From assembly GCA_013239625.1 (NCBI GenBank), contig MU054187.1:4351757-4415756 (forward strand): DNA of 64,000 nt, given 5' to 3'. Within the stretch, counting starts at the first letter, position 1. Each line of letters starts with the position of its first letter. This DNA comes from Lama guanicoe. Taxonomy: Eukaryota. Shown here one piece after another: positions 36,640-49,367 of this stretch. The notes under the pieces are model-generated. The model made no database searches and was not told the DNA's origin. It saw only the letters and a list, made by a program, of their open reading frames with translations. A program made the position numbers and the translations under genes.

Positions 36640-38440
36640 AAAAAGGGGACATTAGAAAATACCTAGAACTTCAGTTCAGAACTTCAGTAAAAATACTATA
36701 TGTTGAAACTTGTAGGATACAGCTTCCACAGCAGTTAAGGAGAAGTTTATAGCCGTACATTCTTCAATTAGAAAAGGAGAAAAGTTAAAATTTAATGAGC
36801 TAATTGTCAAAGGTAAGACAGAGAAAAACAAAAAGAATTGATCCAAAGAAAATGAAATGAATGAGATGATAAAAATAAAAGTAGAAATTAAAGAAGACAG
36901 CAACTGTATCATAATGAAGATCAACATGGCCAAAAATTTAGTCTTTCTTTGAAAAGACTGTAATAAAAGAGGCAAAAATCTCTGCTGAAAGCGGTCAAGA
37001 GAAAGAGAGATGATACACACACACAAGTATTTTAACAATGAAAACAGGGGCTACAGCCCGGATACATCAAAGATTAAAAGGATAATAAGACACTAATATG
37101 GATGACTTTATACCTATTAAATTTAAAACTTGGGTAAAATATATTGTGGAGAAGATCACTAAAAAAATTGGTTAGTATTTTATTGATCTATTAAATGCTT
37201 GTTTAAATTAATAATGGAAACAATTTATTGGGTGATTGTGGCATACAAATAAATTAAATGAATGACAGCAATGTTATAAGGGATGAATGGGACTCTCAGT
37301 TGCAAGTGAAAAAGTTCTAAGTAGGAACAGCCAATTATACCTGCACTACAAATAAAGCGGAACACTGTTATTAGAAAACGGACTTAGATTATAAGCCAGA
37401 AAGTGAAAGAAAAGCCCATATGGTATCACTCACATGTGGAATCCAAAAAAAGAAAAAAGAAGACACCAATGACCTCACCTACAAAACAGAGACAGACTCA
37501 CAGACACAGTAAACAATCGTAGGGTTACTGGTGGGAAAGTTGATGGGAAGGGGTAAGGTGGCAGATTGACATTTGCAAACATTAACAGTATATATATAAT
37601 AGATAAACAACAGGTTTCTTCTGTAAATCACAGGGAATTACATTCAGCATCTTGTAGTAACCTATAATGAAAAAGAATATGAAGACAAATATATGTATGT
37701 ATGTGCATGACTGAAATATTATGTTGTAACCAGAAATTGACACATTGGAAACTGACTATAGCTTCAATAATAAATAAATAAATAAATAAATACCAAAAAA
37801 AATTGGTTAAAGGTGAAATACACAATCTAAACCGCCCTGTAATATTTAAATAAATTGATTCAGTATTTAACAATCCTCCTGCAGAGAATATGGTTGTTCA
37901 AACTTGGTTGTTTTGTGAACTATTTCAGTTTTATAACAAATCATCTAAACAAGAGAAAAAAAGAGAAGCTCTCTGAAGCACATTTGCTAAGACTGAAATT
38001 ATCTTGACACTAAAATAATATAAGAAGAGTAAATAAAAGTTAAATTATAAGCCAATTCACTCATGTACATAGACACAGAAATATCCATTGGCCAAAGGAA
38101 TCCAAGCAATATACATTAGAGTCTAATAGATCGTATCAAAATGCTGTATTTCAGAAATTGAAGGGTGGTTTACTATTAGAAAACCTATTCAAATATTTCA
38201 GCATATTAGTAGATTAAGAGAGTAAGAACAGATGGTATTTTCAATAGATTCAGAAAAAAAGTCATTTGTTAAAACTCAAAACCTATGATAAAAATTTCAA
38301 ACTTTTAAGTTAGGAATAGAAGAGAATATATACTAAAGGATAACAACAAATATTATATGTAATGATCAAACACTGGCAATCAGGAAAAAGACGATGATGT
38401 CTTACACCATCATTTCCAATAAACATCATTCTGGAGACAC
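36640..38440 (+). mobile_element. Old L1 ORF2 fragment interrupted by an insertion at 37175-37795
   Basis: A-rich ORF2-like sequence (AAACTTGTAGGATACAGC, TTTCAATAGATTCAGAAAAAA); nested insert with TSD AAAAAAATTGGTTA (37161-37174 / 37796-37809). Confidence 0.8.
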
Positions 38441-39719
38441 TAAAAATTAGGTCTGCACACCTTGTGCGAGAGACTCAGAATGTCACTGCTCCAATAGGCA
38501 TTTCTTTAACTATATTCTTACGTTTTTTTCCCGTGCGTTGTACTCCTTGTATTGCTCTGTTGTTAACTGAGTTCAGAAAATGTTGATCTTCTTTTTTTGC
38601 ATCATTTTCCCAAGTTTTCCCTAATAAATTAAAGTGAGCCCATAATAGACGTTACTGAATATTTGCAAGTACCTAAAGACAAGATTGAGGAAGCACCTTA
38701 CATCCACACCATTGACACTGTCCCCACATAAGAGTTTGATTTTTCTCATAGTTATTTTGTCCAGGTCTAACCCTTCCTAGACCTTTGCTCAGATTAAAGA
38801 AACAATTAAATAAATCATTGAAGATCTTTGGCGTTTACACTGTTGGAAAAAATAAATCTCTCCAGAGATAGCAGAAAATACACACACAAGCACACACATT
38901 TTAATGAGAGCTTCTACTTCAGAGTCTAAAGATTATCTGGTTCATTTGGAGACATAGATCATAGTCTTGAACGTGGAGCAGCTAAAAGTCCAAGAAAATA
39001 AACTGCAGTGGCAAGTATAGTCAGCATTATTGGAAATGCATTTTATTGCAAAACGGTAAAGATTTATGCCGGAGGCATGAAGATTAGCAGTACAGTTTTC
39101 TCACTTTCTCTAATAAGTAAATCATATTAATAATAGCTTTATAAAACATCAGCAAGGTACAGTATAATTTTTAAGTTACATAATAAAGAGTGACTGGAAA
39201 CATTACTAAACCAATTAAAATTTATATTAAAACCCCCCTAGTAAATTTACCTATAATTATTTTAGAGATCTGTGGAGGTTTCCATCTTGCTGACCTGAAT
39301 TTAATGACTGCTTAATGTGTTTTATGCACATATGTTCAAAATTTTATGAAGTTTTACATAGATTATTAATCAACATGTTGTACTCTCCCCGTCTCACTGA
39401 AAGGCATATGGAAACAAGAACTAACAAAGAGTAAAAGTTTGCTATGCGTTCTTCCACCTCCTGAATGCAACAGAGTGTAAATAGTGTTCATTTAGAATTG
39501 CACTCTTCAGGGATAATCTCTCTGAGCGTAAATAAAAAGAGATTCGCAATGTTACAAAGCCAAAGCCAGCCGGCCAGCAGCAGGGCAATTAACTAAGTGT
39601 CCATTAGGAAAAGCAGGGTTTCTGACACAATATAGTGGAAGACATATTTCAGGACTTATCACAACTCTTCTGACTTCAAATTTTATGATCTTATTTTTTA
39701 ATTTATGAACTTTAACAGC

Positions 39720-40140
39720 ATGGGTGGAATTCTAGCATCGTTCTGTTCCACTGATCTGTATGTTAATCTTTTCACTAGTATCAAAATGTTTCAATTACTG
39801 TAGGGGAAGACTTAAAATCAAATAGAGGAAGCTCTACTTGTGAGTGATTGATTGCTTCTTTCAAAATTGTTTCATCTATCGTAGGTCCACTGCATCTTAC
39901 TATATATTTTTAAATCAGTTCTTAAAATGTATACAATAAAAAACTGGAATATAGATTGGGATTGCATCAAACCTATAGACTAATTTAGGGAAACTTTCAT
40001 TTTCACAATATCGGGTCTTCCAATCCATGAATGTATAAATCACCCCATTTATTTATTTAGGTCATCTTTAATTCCTCTATGCAGCATTTTCTAGCTTATA
40101 GTGTAAGGGGCTTAAACCCCTTTTGTTAGATTTAGTGCTA
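39720..40140 (-). mobile_element. Old L1 ORF2 fragment, antisense
   Basis: TTCTGTTCCACTGATCTGTATGT, GATTGGGATTGCATCAAACCTATAGA, TCTTCCAATCCATGAA. Confidence 0.8.
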
Positions 40141-40770
40141 TGTATCTGTGTCAGTTAGGGTTCAGTCAGAGAAGCAGAGCCATCACACACATAGAAGTAT
40201 TTGTAACAGGAATTTGGTCTAATGCAATTGTGGGAATCGCTAAGGCTGTTGTCTTTGTGTTTAATGCTGAGCCCTGGAGACACAGAGCAGGCAATCCTGC
40301 AAGGAAAATAGATGTAAAGTGAGGAACAGCAAAGGCAAGCTGGAACCTCTGTGCGCACACTGGAGCTTCGGAGTATGCGTTGTTTAGAACTCACGAGGAT
40401 GTACTGGGTCCTTCACTTTGATAAAGTGCATGTCCTGCAGGAGACATGGCACTCTCAGTCCTGGAGATAAGCACACAGCTGGCCCAGCAGTAGAAGTGGA
40501 AGGAGGATTCCAGGGAAAGGGGAGCTGTCGCAGGCCCAGGTGTTGCCCCAGACCAACCAGCTGAGCCAGCAGATCAACACCAGCCTGAGGGAGCTACACG
40601 AGGTGTCTGCCCCAACTTCTCACAAAATGCAAAATGACTGCCTCTTTACTTCTGCGTTCCAAATCTTGCATGCAGATATCTCTTGTGGCTCCCCTGGACT
40701 GGAGAGACTCAGGGAAGGGAATTCTGGGAAACAATTTATCCTAGATGAGCTGACACATTACAAAACCACA
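40141..40770 (-). mobile_element. ERV-L LTR (MLT2-like)
   Basis: TCAGTTAGGGTTCAGTCAGAGAAGCAGA at one end, GAGCTGACACATTACAAAACCACA at the other, abutting ERV-L internal sequence. Confidence 0.7.
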
Positions 40771-42450
40771 CCAGTCCACATATTGTCAACCTGCCACTCA
40801 CACATGTGCTTTTAAGCCACACTTAATTTCCAAACAGGATTGATAGCAAGTTACATTTCTACCAAACATGAGGAATACAACAAAAACAGGGCAACACTTT
40901 GCCCCAAAGTGAATGCTTTTAAAAACCATTCTTTGTCTTAGGTTAATGGTTATTCTTCCAAATGATTTACACTCCTCATTTGCTATCTTGTAACTTAAAT
41001 AGTTATATACTGAGCTATAAATTACACAACTATTAACCTACCTTATGTTAGATGGAAGATTGGGAAAGAGGAAGAAAAAAATTGGGATTAATAGAAATAT
41101 TCATTTAAAAAAAAGGAAAAAATACTCAACCATTACAATATTCAGTTCTCTAAATGGTAGGTACATGGTCACAGCTGGTAATTACAAGTAAGTTCTCCTG
41201 CCCGTTCAAAATTCCCTTTTTCTCCAGGAAGCACATTAGCTGGTGGTGGTTGGGCACTCTTGAGTGACCCAAACCTTCATTCCTGAATAGTCTGGTAGTC
41301 AGCAGTCTTGCCCGAATTGGCTTTTTGTAGTTTCCATTGACTTTATTCTCAGGACATTAAGTGCTAAGACGTGCCCCAGGGGACTGTCTGAGTTCCAGGT
41401 ACACTGCTCCATACCCCACTGTGGGGTAGCAACCCAATTGTTTCTTCTGGTCACGATCAATCATCCCAGCCTACATAGTAACTCCCTTCTGTTCCTGTTG
41501 GCTCACTGGCTAGAGCACCCCAAAGTGGCCAGGTGACAATCTCAACTTCCAGTTGAGTGGAATTATTCTTGTCTCCCAGATGGAAGCATTCCTCCTTTTG
41601 CAATTAAGATCTCCCGATAAACAGAGTCTAAATTTAAAGAAACAGGAAGCACATATTTTTTTCATGGATCACCAAGACGAGACATTATCAGTCTCTGATT
41701 CCTGGATGCCTGAAAACTAGGTATGGGAGAAACAGTTGATTTAGTGTACACAGTGCATCCTGGAAGAAATTTCCTAGCTCCCCAAAATGCTGCTATGTAA
41801 CTGATGCTGTAAGTAGGTCTTCAAAGGCTAATTTACCAGTTGCTTCAGGATAGAAGGGAACATGGTAAAACCAGTGAATTCCATGAGCCTGGGCCTAGAG
41901 GCACACTGCGTTTGCTGTGATGTGAGTTCCTTATCAGAAGTAATAATATATGAGACACTACGATGATGGAAAAAGCATTCTGTTAAGTCCACGGCTGGCG
42001 GTTTTGACAGGAGCATTGTGAGCAGGGAGGGCAAATCCACATCCAGAGTAATCACCCATTGAAGTGAGACAAAGCACTGCCCCTTCCGTGATGGAAATAG
42101 TCCAAGTAATCAGCCTGCCGCCTGGTAACTGGCTGACCACTCTGGGGAATGTGCCATGGCTGGTGCTCAGTGATGGTCTCTGCTGAGGCTGGGCACTCAT
42201 AGTGGTAGCAGTCATGCCAGTCTTGGTGAGTAGAAGTCCATGGGGCTGAGCCCAGGCATAACTTCCATCTCTGCCACCATGGCTATTTTGTTCATGAGCC
42301 CACTGGGTGATGACAGGAGGGGCTGGGGAATGAGGCTGACTTGTATCTACAGAATGAGTCATCCTCTCCACTTGATTATTAAAATCCCCCTTTAGTAATC
42401 ATTCACTTGGAGCACAAAGAGATTCACATTGATTTGCCCATTCTCAGTCT
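40771..42450 (-). mobile_element. ERV-L internal region: degraded pol (integrase) and dUTPase
   Basis: ORF 41958-42371 ERMTHSVDTSQPHSPAPPVITQWAHEQNSHGGRDGSYAWAQPHGL matches the ERV-L integrase N-terminus; ~41420-41615 minus gives KGGMLPSG..IIPLNWKLRLSPGHFGVL..AGMID (dUTPase-like); stops and frameshifts. Confidence 0.9.
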
Positions 42451-44475
42451 TCTTCCTTTGATGGTGGGCATTTGCACCATTGTGAGAGCAATTTTATGCA
42501 CTTGGTACCTCACTCATCCTGGCCCACGCTTGTAACTCCAATTCAAGTTACTGAAAAGCCAAACAAATTCTACTTTAGAACTTCTAGTATCTTTTTTTTT
42601 TTTTTAGAAATTGAGGAAAATGGGAAAGATGCCTGAAGTCTGAAAAGAAGTAGCTATTGACCAACCCTGCCCCAAACTCCAGAAGCTATTGACTCAAGCA
42701 TCTCTTTACGTAAAATAACCAGCCAGCCTGGGCAGTTTGGACTCTCTGCTGAAGATAATTGGGAGTCACTGAAGAGATGAGCACTTATGGAAAAATTCTG
42801 ATGCTGTTAGAGTTATTGTGTTCATAGAAGTATCTCAGGGTGGACCACAGAACAGCTGGAGAAGGGACTGGAAACAGGCAGGACACGTGAGCTTCCTGAG
42901 AAAGCTTACAAGAAGTGGTGGTCCTTGGACCTCAATAACGCTTGTAAGAAAAGAAGTTGTGGTCAGTTCTCAGGCTGGCCTAGACTAGGGTGGGGAAGGG
43001 ATGTAACTGGAGTAGGAGAAAATGAAAAGTTGCAAAGATGAGATAATACTGACAGAGCTTAGAATATGTAGGTAACTAAGAGAGGAGAAAAGGGGGAAGG
43101 CAAATTCTAAGTGAAGAGTGAGCTGATGATAGAGATCCAGTTTGAGAAAGTCTAGATAAGAATAGTTACCAGAATAAGTACAGCATTGTTAATACGGCCG
43201 GGACAAGATAACCTTGGGGAGGGTCAGCCCCTAGGGAAGAAGGAACTTTTTTCACCAAGCCCTGGGCGAGTCTAGTGCATGTAATGGCACTCACTTATCT
43301 ATCTTAGTGCTAACTGTCCTGTTTCCTGTTGTGGTCCTCAGGCAGTTCATTCCTTTAACCTCTCTCAGGCCCAGGCTTCTCTTATGCCCTGTTTGCACAG
43401 TACTTTAAAGGTTGTTAGGAGTGGTATGTAGAATTTAACTCCATACCCTTGCGTATCAGTTGCTCACAAATGGTAGTTATTATTATTACAATTATTAATA
43501 AAGGCAACCTGAAGAAATGTGCAGTTATGTAAATTTGTGAATCCTTCCCCCAAACTGATAATTAATGGATGTTACTCTGTAACAGGATTTTGAATGGATT
43601 CTGTCTTTGGGTTTTTCTTGACTTGGTCCTATTCAAAATATTAGCAATAGCTGTGATGAAAATAGAATACAGGTTTATTAATTTTACAGATGACATCAAG
43701 CTGGGAGAAAAAGTATGTTTGATAGCAAAATAGAATCCAAGAAGGAAGCAAAAATGGTGGCAAGGTAGACCATCAGACACAATCAGCAGAGTTTAAGAAA
43801 AAAGCAAAAACCTACATCAATTTTCTCCTTGTTCTTCATACATGCAAACATGCTGAGTTAATACTTGCATAGCAGCCTTTGCACTAGTTTGTCCCTTGCT
43901 AGAAATGTTCCACTCACTTGGCCGGCTCCTTTGTGTGATTCAGATCCCAACGCAAAGATCACCTTTGTGGAATGGCCTCTTTGAGCACCCTGTCCTAAAC
44001 AGCACTTTCCTCTTCCTAGTGGCAAGGTATCTTATTTTATATCAGTGATTTCACGGCATTTATCCAAGTCTAACAGTGTTTCACTTCATGAAGCTCAGCT
44101 GGAATATGGCAGGTGTTCCCCTTTGCCTGATGCCTATTTCTCTGACAAGATGCTTCTTCAAGACATTTACAAATCCAAGGCCCAGCATATTCTGGACTCT
44201 TCCACCTAGGGTCTGCCTAGACTCAGTGCCGGTCCCATATTCAACTGCCTTCCATCTTTTCTTCAAGGAGTTGCAGTCTCCAAGCTTGAGGGAAGAATTG
44301 CTTAATTCTAACCTTTATTCCTGCTAGCAGCTGCGCTCCATTTTATCTGACCAAATAGCTTCAGGCTAGCTATTGCAATTCTTAATTGCAACTCTATTGC
44401 ATTTTTAAAAATATCGTATAGAGAACTGTCTCAGAAAATTGTCTGATTTTTGCAATAGGTTAACCACACTTTGGT

Positions 44476-44626
44476 CTTTTGTTTTTTGTTTTTACTATTT
44501 TTATTTATTTATTTTGGGTGGGGGACATAAGCAGGTTTATTTGTTTATTTATTTTAATGGAGGTATTGGGGATTGAACCCAGGACCTCCTGTATGCTAAG
44601 TGGGCACTGAGTTATACCCTCCCCCG
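44476..44626 (-). mobile_element. tRNA-derived SINE (Vic-1-like), antisense, internally deleted
   Basis: GGGGATTGAACCCAGGACCTC...CACTGAGTTATACCCTCCCCC preceded by a T-rich tail. Confidence 0.88.
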
Positions 44627-44959
44627 CCTAATTCTACCCATTCTGTTAGTTGTGTAGTGGTAATTTATTGTGGTTTTAATTTGCATTCCCCTGACTATTA
44701 ATGAGGCTGAATTTTTTTTTAATATGCTTACTGGCCATTTGGACATCCTTGTTTATGAATCTTTTTCAAGTCTTTTGCCCATTTTTCTTTGTTGTCTGTG
44801 AGTTTGTATTTTGCATATGAGCCTTTCGCCAATCATATGTATTACATCCCCTAAGATCTAAGGCTAAGATAGTTTGACCCCTGGAACTTTTTCCTATTAG
44901 TACTTCCTTAGCCTGCATTATACTGTATTTTCTATTGTCAGTATTTATCACTAGGGATT

Positions 44960-45790
44960 GTCATTTTAAAAATTCCATATCACCCCACCTCTAATATACA
45001 ATCTGTCTTCAAATTCAATTAGCTCTGTTCCAGAAATACACCTCCAGGTCATCACATGTTCCTCCATCTTCATTATCACTGCCATGGTGCAAGCTACCTG
45101 TGTCTGCTTCCCTAGAACCCTGAGAAGTTTCCAAACTAGTCTCTCAGCTTCCGTTCTTAACACCATTCACACACATCATCCCCATCCCTCACAACGTGAC
45201 ATTCCCTAACCCCACAACGTGTGACACCTCAGCTAGATGAGTCTTGCAGGAACACAAGCCAACTTCCAGGGTTTCTCACTGCCTGCAGAATAAAATGTAA
45301 AAGCCTTACCATGACCTTGCCCCTTCTCCAGCCTCACCTCCAACCCGTCCTTGTTCAAAAAAATCCGGCTGTACTCTGCTTTCTCTTTCCCAAACATATC
45401 TAGCTCATTCCAGCCTCAGGGCATTTGCAATAGCTATTCCTTATGCCTGGAATACACTGTCCCCTTATCTTGCATGGCTGGTTCCTTCTCTTTTCTTTGG
45501 TCTCAGCTCAAATGCCAGCTCCCCAGTGAGACCTTCCTGACAACCTGCTCTAACTCCACACCTCCACTGTCACTTGCTTTTCATATCATCATTCTATTTA
45601 AAACAAACACACTCATCATCTGAAATTATCTTATACATTTTTTATTATTTGATGATTTCTGCTCTGTCACCATGAGAATACAGTACAAGAACCTTGTCTG
45701 CTTGTTTTCTGTTGTATCATCATAGACAAAAACTTTGCAACATACATTGGCTGAACAAACAAGTGAATAAATGAATAAATGAATGAGAGA
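44960..45790 (+). mobile_element. L2 3' region
   Basis: CCTCAGGGCATTTGCAATAGCTATTCCTTATGCCTGGAA...TCTCAGCTCAAATG..., ending in TGAATAAATGAATAAATGAATG. Confidence 0.75.
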
Positions 45791-48700
45791 ACGAACTCTT
45801 TATAGCCATTCTTTCTGCATTTTCATGTAATATCGTCCTCCTAATTCTGACTAGCTATTGCAAAGACAACATTACAAGCAATTTTATGCGTATAGTTTGC
45901 CCACCAAATCACTGCTAAGGTCTCATCTTGCTTTGTGCATTTTATTTATATAGAATCAGACAGTCATTATCTTCAGCATATAGATTCTTTGATTGGTCAC
46001 ATTGTAAATCAGAAAGCTTTGACTATCATTTGGTGAAGCATCAAAGATACTTCACACTATTGCTGCCATCCAAGCAAACGGACAAATAACTGGAATTTCT
46101 CTTATGTAAATTATTATTCTTAGACTTTCTTTTAAGAGTTTTGAATCTTTTCTTATCACTGCAGAGAAAGAAATCCAAGTAAATTAGAAGGAACAGAAGC
46201 TGGAAACATGCAGGCATATTTGTGGCTGGAGTTATTCCACTAGTTGGACATTATGTGGTTTACCTCAATGTGTGGAAAAATACAGTAAGTGCTTCACTGT
46301 ATCTGTAGTTACAGGATCATGTAACTTGGATGGTTTATTCTTTCTTGCAAACATTTTACGATAAACACATTATATGCTGAAATCTTTTCTGAATAATTAA
46401 TGTCTACTTGCTTAAGAAAACATATTCTTATCTAAAAAGGCTCTTTTTAAAAAGTGTGTTTCTGCCTGCTCTACCTTTACATTGATTAAAAACTAACCAG
46501 AAAATGGAAATATTCTAACCCCACAAATATGGGAAAAAATGCTTTAGGTTAATTGAAGTCATTTATGCATGAGAATATATGGAATAAGTAAGACTTGTCC
46601 ATCGAAAAACACAAAAAGGAAGAATTCAGAATTATTGCTATAATATCAGATTTGCTTATAACAGGAATTAAGCAACTTTTCTATTCCAGATAACATAATT
46701 TCTATGCTATTATTTTTGTTTTTGGCAGGGGTGCTAAATTAATGTGCACAGTGTATCCAGAGTTTACATTCTATGTATTGCATTCTTCCATATAAAGTAC
46801 TTAAAAATTATATCATCAAAATCATCAATATATTTGATTTAGTTTTTGACACTTTCAATTGTGTCATCAATTTCACTAATAAGGGAGGGAAACACTTCTT
46901 TTTGCATTTAGTCCTGAGAATTAAGAGGGCCCTAAAGATCTATTGCTTTACTTTCCTTTGGAATCTCGAGAATTCATAGGGACTTAACTTATTTTGTTAT
47001 ATCTGTAATGTTCTGATTTAGACATTCTAATCTGAATATAAAATTAAGATGATTTCAAAAGCATAAACTGAAACTTTTTATCTTTCCAAACTCCCACAGT
47101 TGTTTTTAATATACAATCTCAAAACATCTGTTTTATATAAAATTTTATAGAATATTAAATCATATAATTATGATTCATATTACTGTGTACACCAGCTAAT
47201 CCTGTCTTCATTCGTACATTAGAGAGTCTTATTTTACCATTTAGTGATGCCCATCAATAGAGGTCAAAAATACTCAATAATATTCTGTATTAAAGTTAGA
47301 GATAAAGGACCAGTGACTGTTTTATGACCATTTAGAATCATTTGAAACACTGTTTAGAAGCCATGAACAGCAGGAGTGCTATCGGTCATCCACTGATAAT
47401 TCTTACTCCATTTCCAGGTTTATCTTTGCCTACCATAGACTCTTCAGAGCAGTTTATCATTTTTTCCTACTTTATGCCTTCTTTAATTTATAATTGTAAT
47501 TTTTCTATCAGAAAAACCTTACCCTCCTCTCTTTCACCCTCCCATTATATAAAATCCTATTAAAACTTTTCTTTCTTAAAGAAATGTTTATAATCTTCCT
47601 CCATCTGACTTCCCTCTACAGCATCTGTTTGCAATCATTCAAAATTGATCTTGCATTATATTTATCTGACCTGTTCATCTGCTCAGTTTTTTTTTTTAAT
47701 GAGTGTATTATGTTACTTAAAGAAATTGAAAATTACTCATGGATAGAAATCACATCTTATAATTTGCTCTGCCTCCTCGGAGCCTTTCTGCATTATATGC
47801 AAAAGGGACACTCTACAATTTAATGAGTGGATGGTTGTAAAACCTCTTGTTACAACAGAACACAATTATCGATGGAGTGCATCTCCATAAATTATATAAT
47901 CACTTTATTCTGGTGGGACAGGGCAGAAGATTGCAGCCTGTATATACCAATCTATTCCTCAAGCAATGGTTCATTAAAATGCCCTTAAAAAATATAATAA
48001 GCTTCTGCGTTTCAATAGATGTGTTCCTCTTTAGAAGATTTCTCTCACTAAGAACGGCAAAGTGAAATTACTAATACTCATGCACATATAGAGATAGGCA
48101 GGTAGATAGATGCTGACATACACAAAGAAGCTTAGGAACAACACAGTTATTGACTAATGTCACTGTAAGTCACAAAACATTTTGCAGAATGATGTATAGA
48201 ACATTTACAGTTACAGCATGGAGTCTGCTGTACCCGAGAAGAAATCAGAGTCTATGAGGGGGAAAGACAGAAAACTTCACAAAAATAACATTTTCTAGTA
48301 CCGGGCTTGGTGTGTGCACTTCCTCAGAGGGTACCACCTGCAGCGTGACCTGAGCGGTTGGGCATTGGAGGCTGTGTGGTTTTGTGTGGCAGCCCAGCAG
48401 AAACCAGGGGGGAGAGAGAAGGATTCGGTAAAAATTTAAACTTCAGTGCCACTATTTAGTTAAGTGGCCTTGAAACTAGTATGAATGTATAGTCAGTCTG
48501 TTATGACCCTTGATGCTAAAATGTACAATGTACTTAACTGGCTTATTTAGAGAAGAAAAACTAAGCTATAAATCAAAAGTCAATTATCTATTTAAGATAC
48601 ACGAGAATAAAATAGAATTAAGGGATAAAGGACAAAATGTGATATGACAAGCATCTAAAATTAAGTACTTTTCATCATTTAAACTGTTTACAAATACACC

Positions 48701-49367
48701 CTAAGTATTAAAAATGTGTATTGCTTACACGAGTCTTACGTCGCTAAATAGGAAAAGATTCTGCAGTGACATTTCAGTCTCCAAAATAACTATCATTAAA
48801 GAAGGTTAAAATTAATTAGTTTATGCTAAAGTAATAGCCGATTATGAGCTTCTATATTAATTATCCATTCTGCCATATGTCTCAGTCATATAACAGTATC
48901 TTTTAGATGTGAAACATTGAAATGAGGAATTTGCTACTTGACATATCAGGGAAAAACCTTTTTCAGAAGTTGAGACACAGGAAAACAAACAAGCATGATA
49001 CCTATTTCATCAACATTTTACTCAGTTAAATGTTAGCAAAAGAGCACATTGTATGTATTTATATAAGATAATGTTCTGTATTTATAAACCTACATGGCAA
49101 ATGCAACATATTAGGTGGGCTATAGACTGATGGGGAAAGAGTATGTGTATGAGGGCACACCAACTTTATAAAATTAGCATAATTTAATGAACAAAAGATA
49201 TAAAATGTATGTCACCACATAGATGAAGCTACAGATAACCCAGGCTACATAGGAAAGCATCCTTTAGGGTTTCACAAGCTCAATAGAGCTTCTGCCTATG
49301 CTCTGTTGCACTTGGGACTCACACCTCCATTCTGGAAGAACTAAAATTATGACTTAAGGAAATATTA

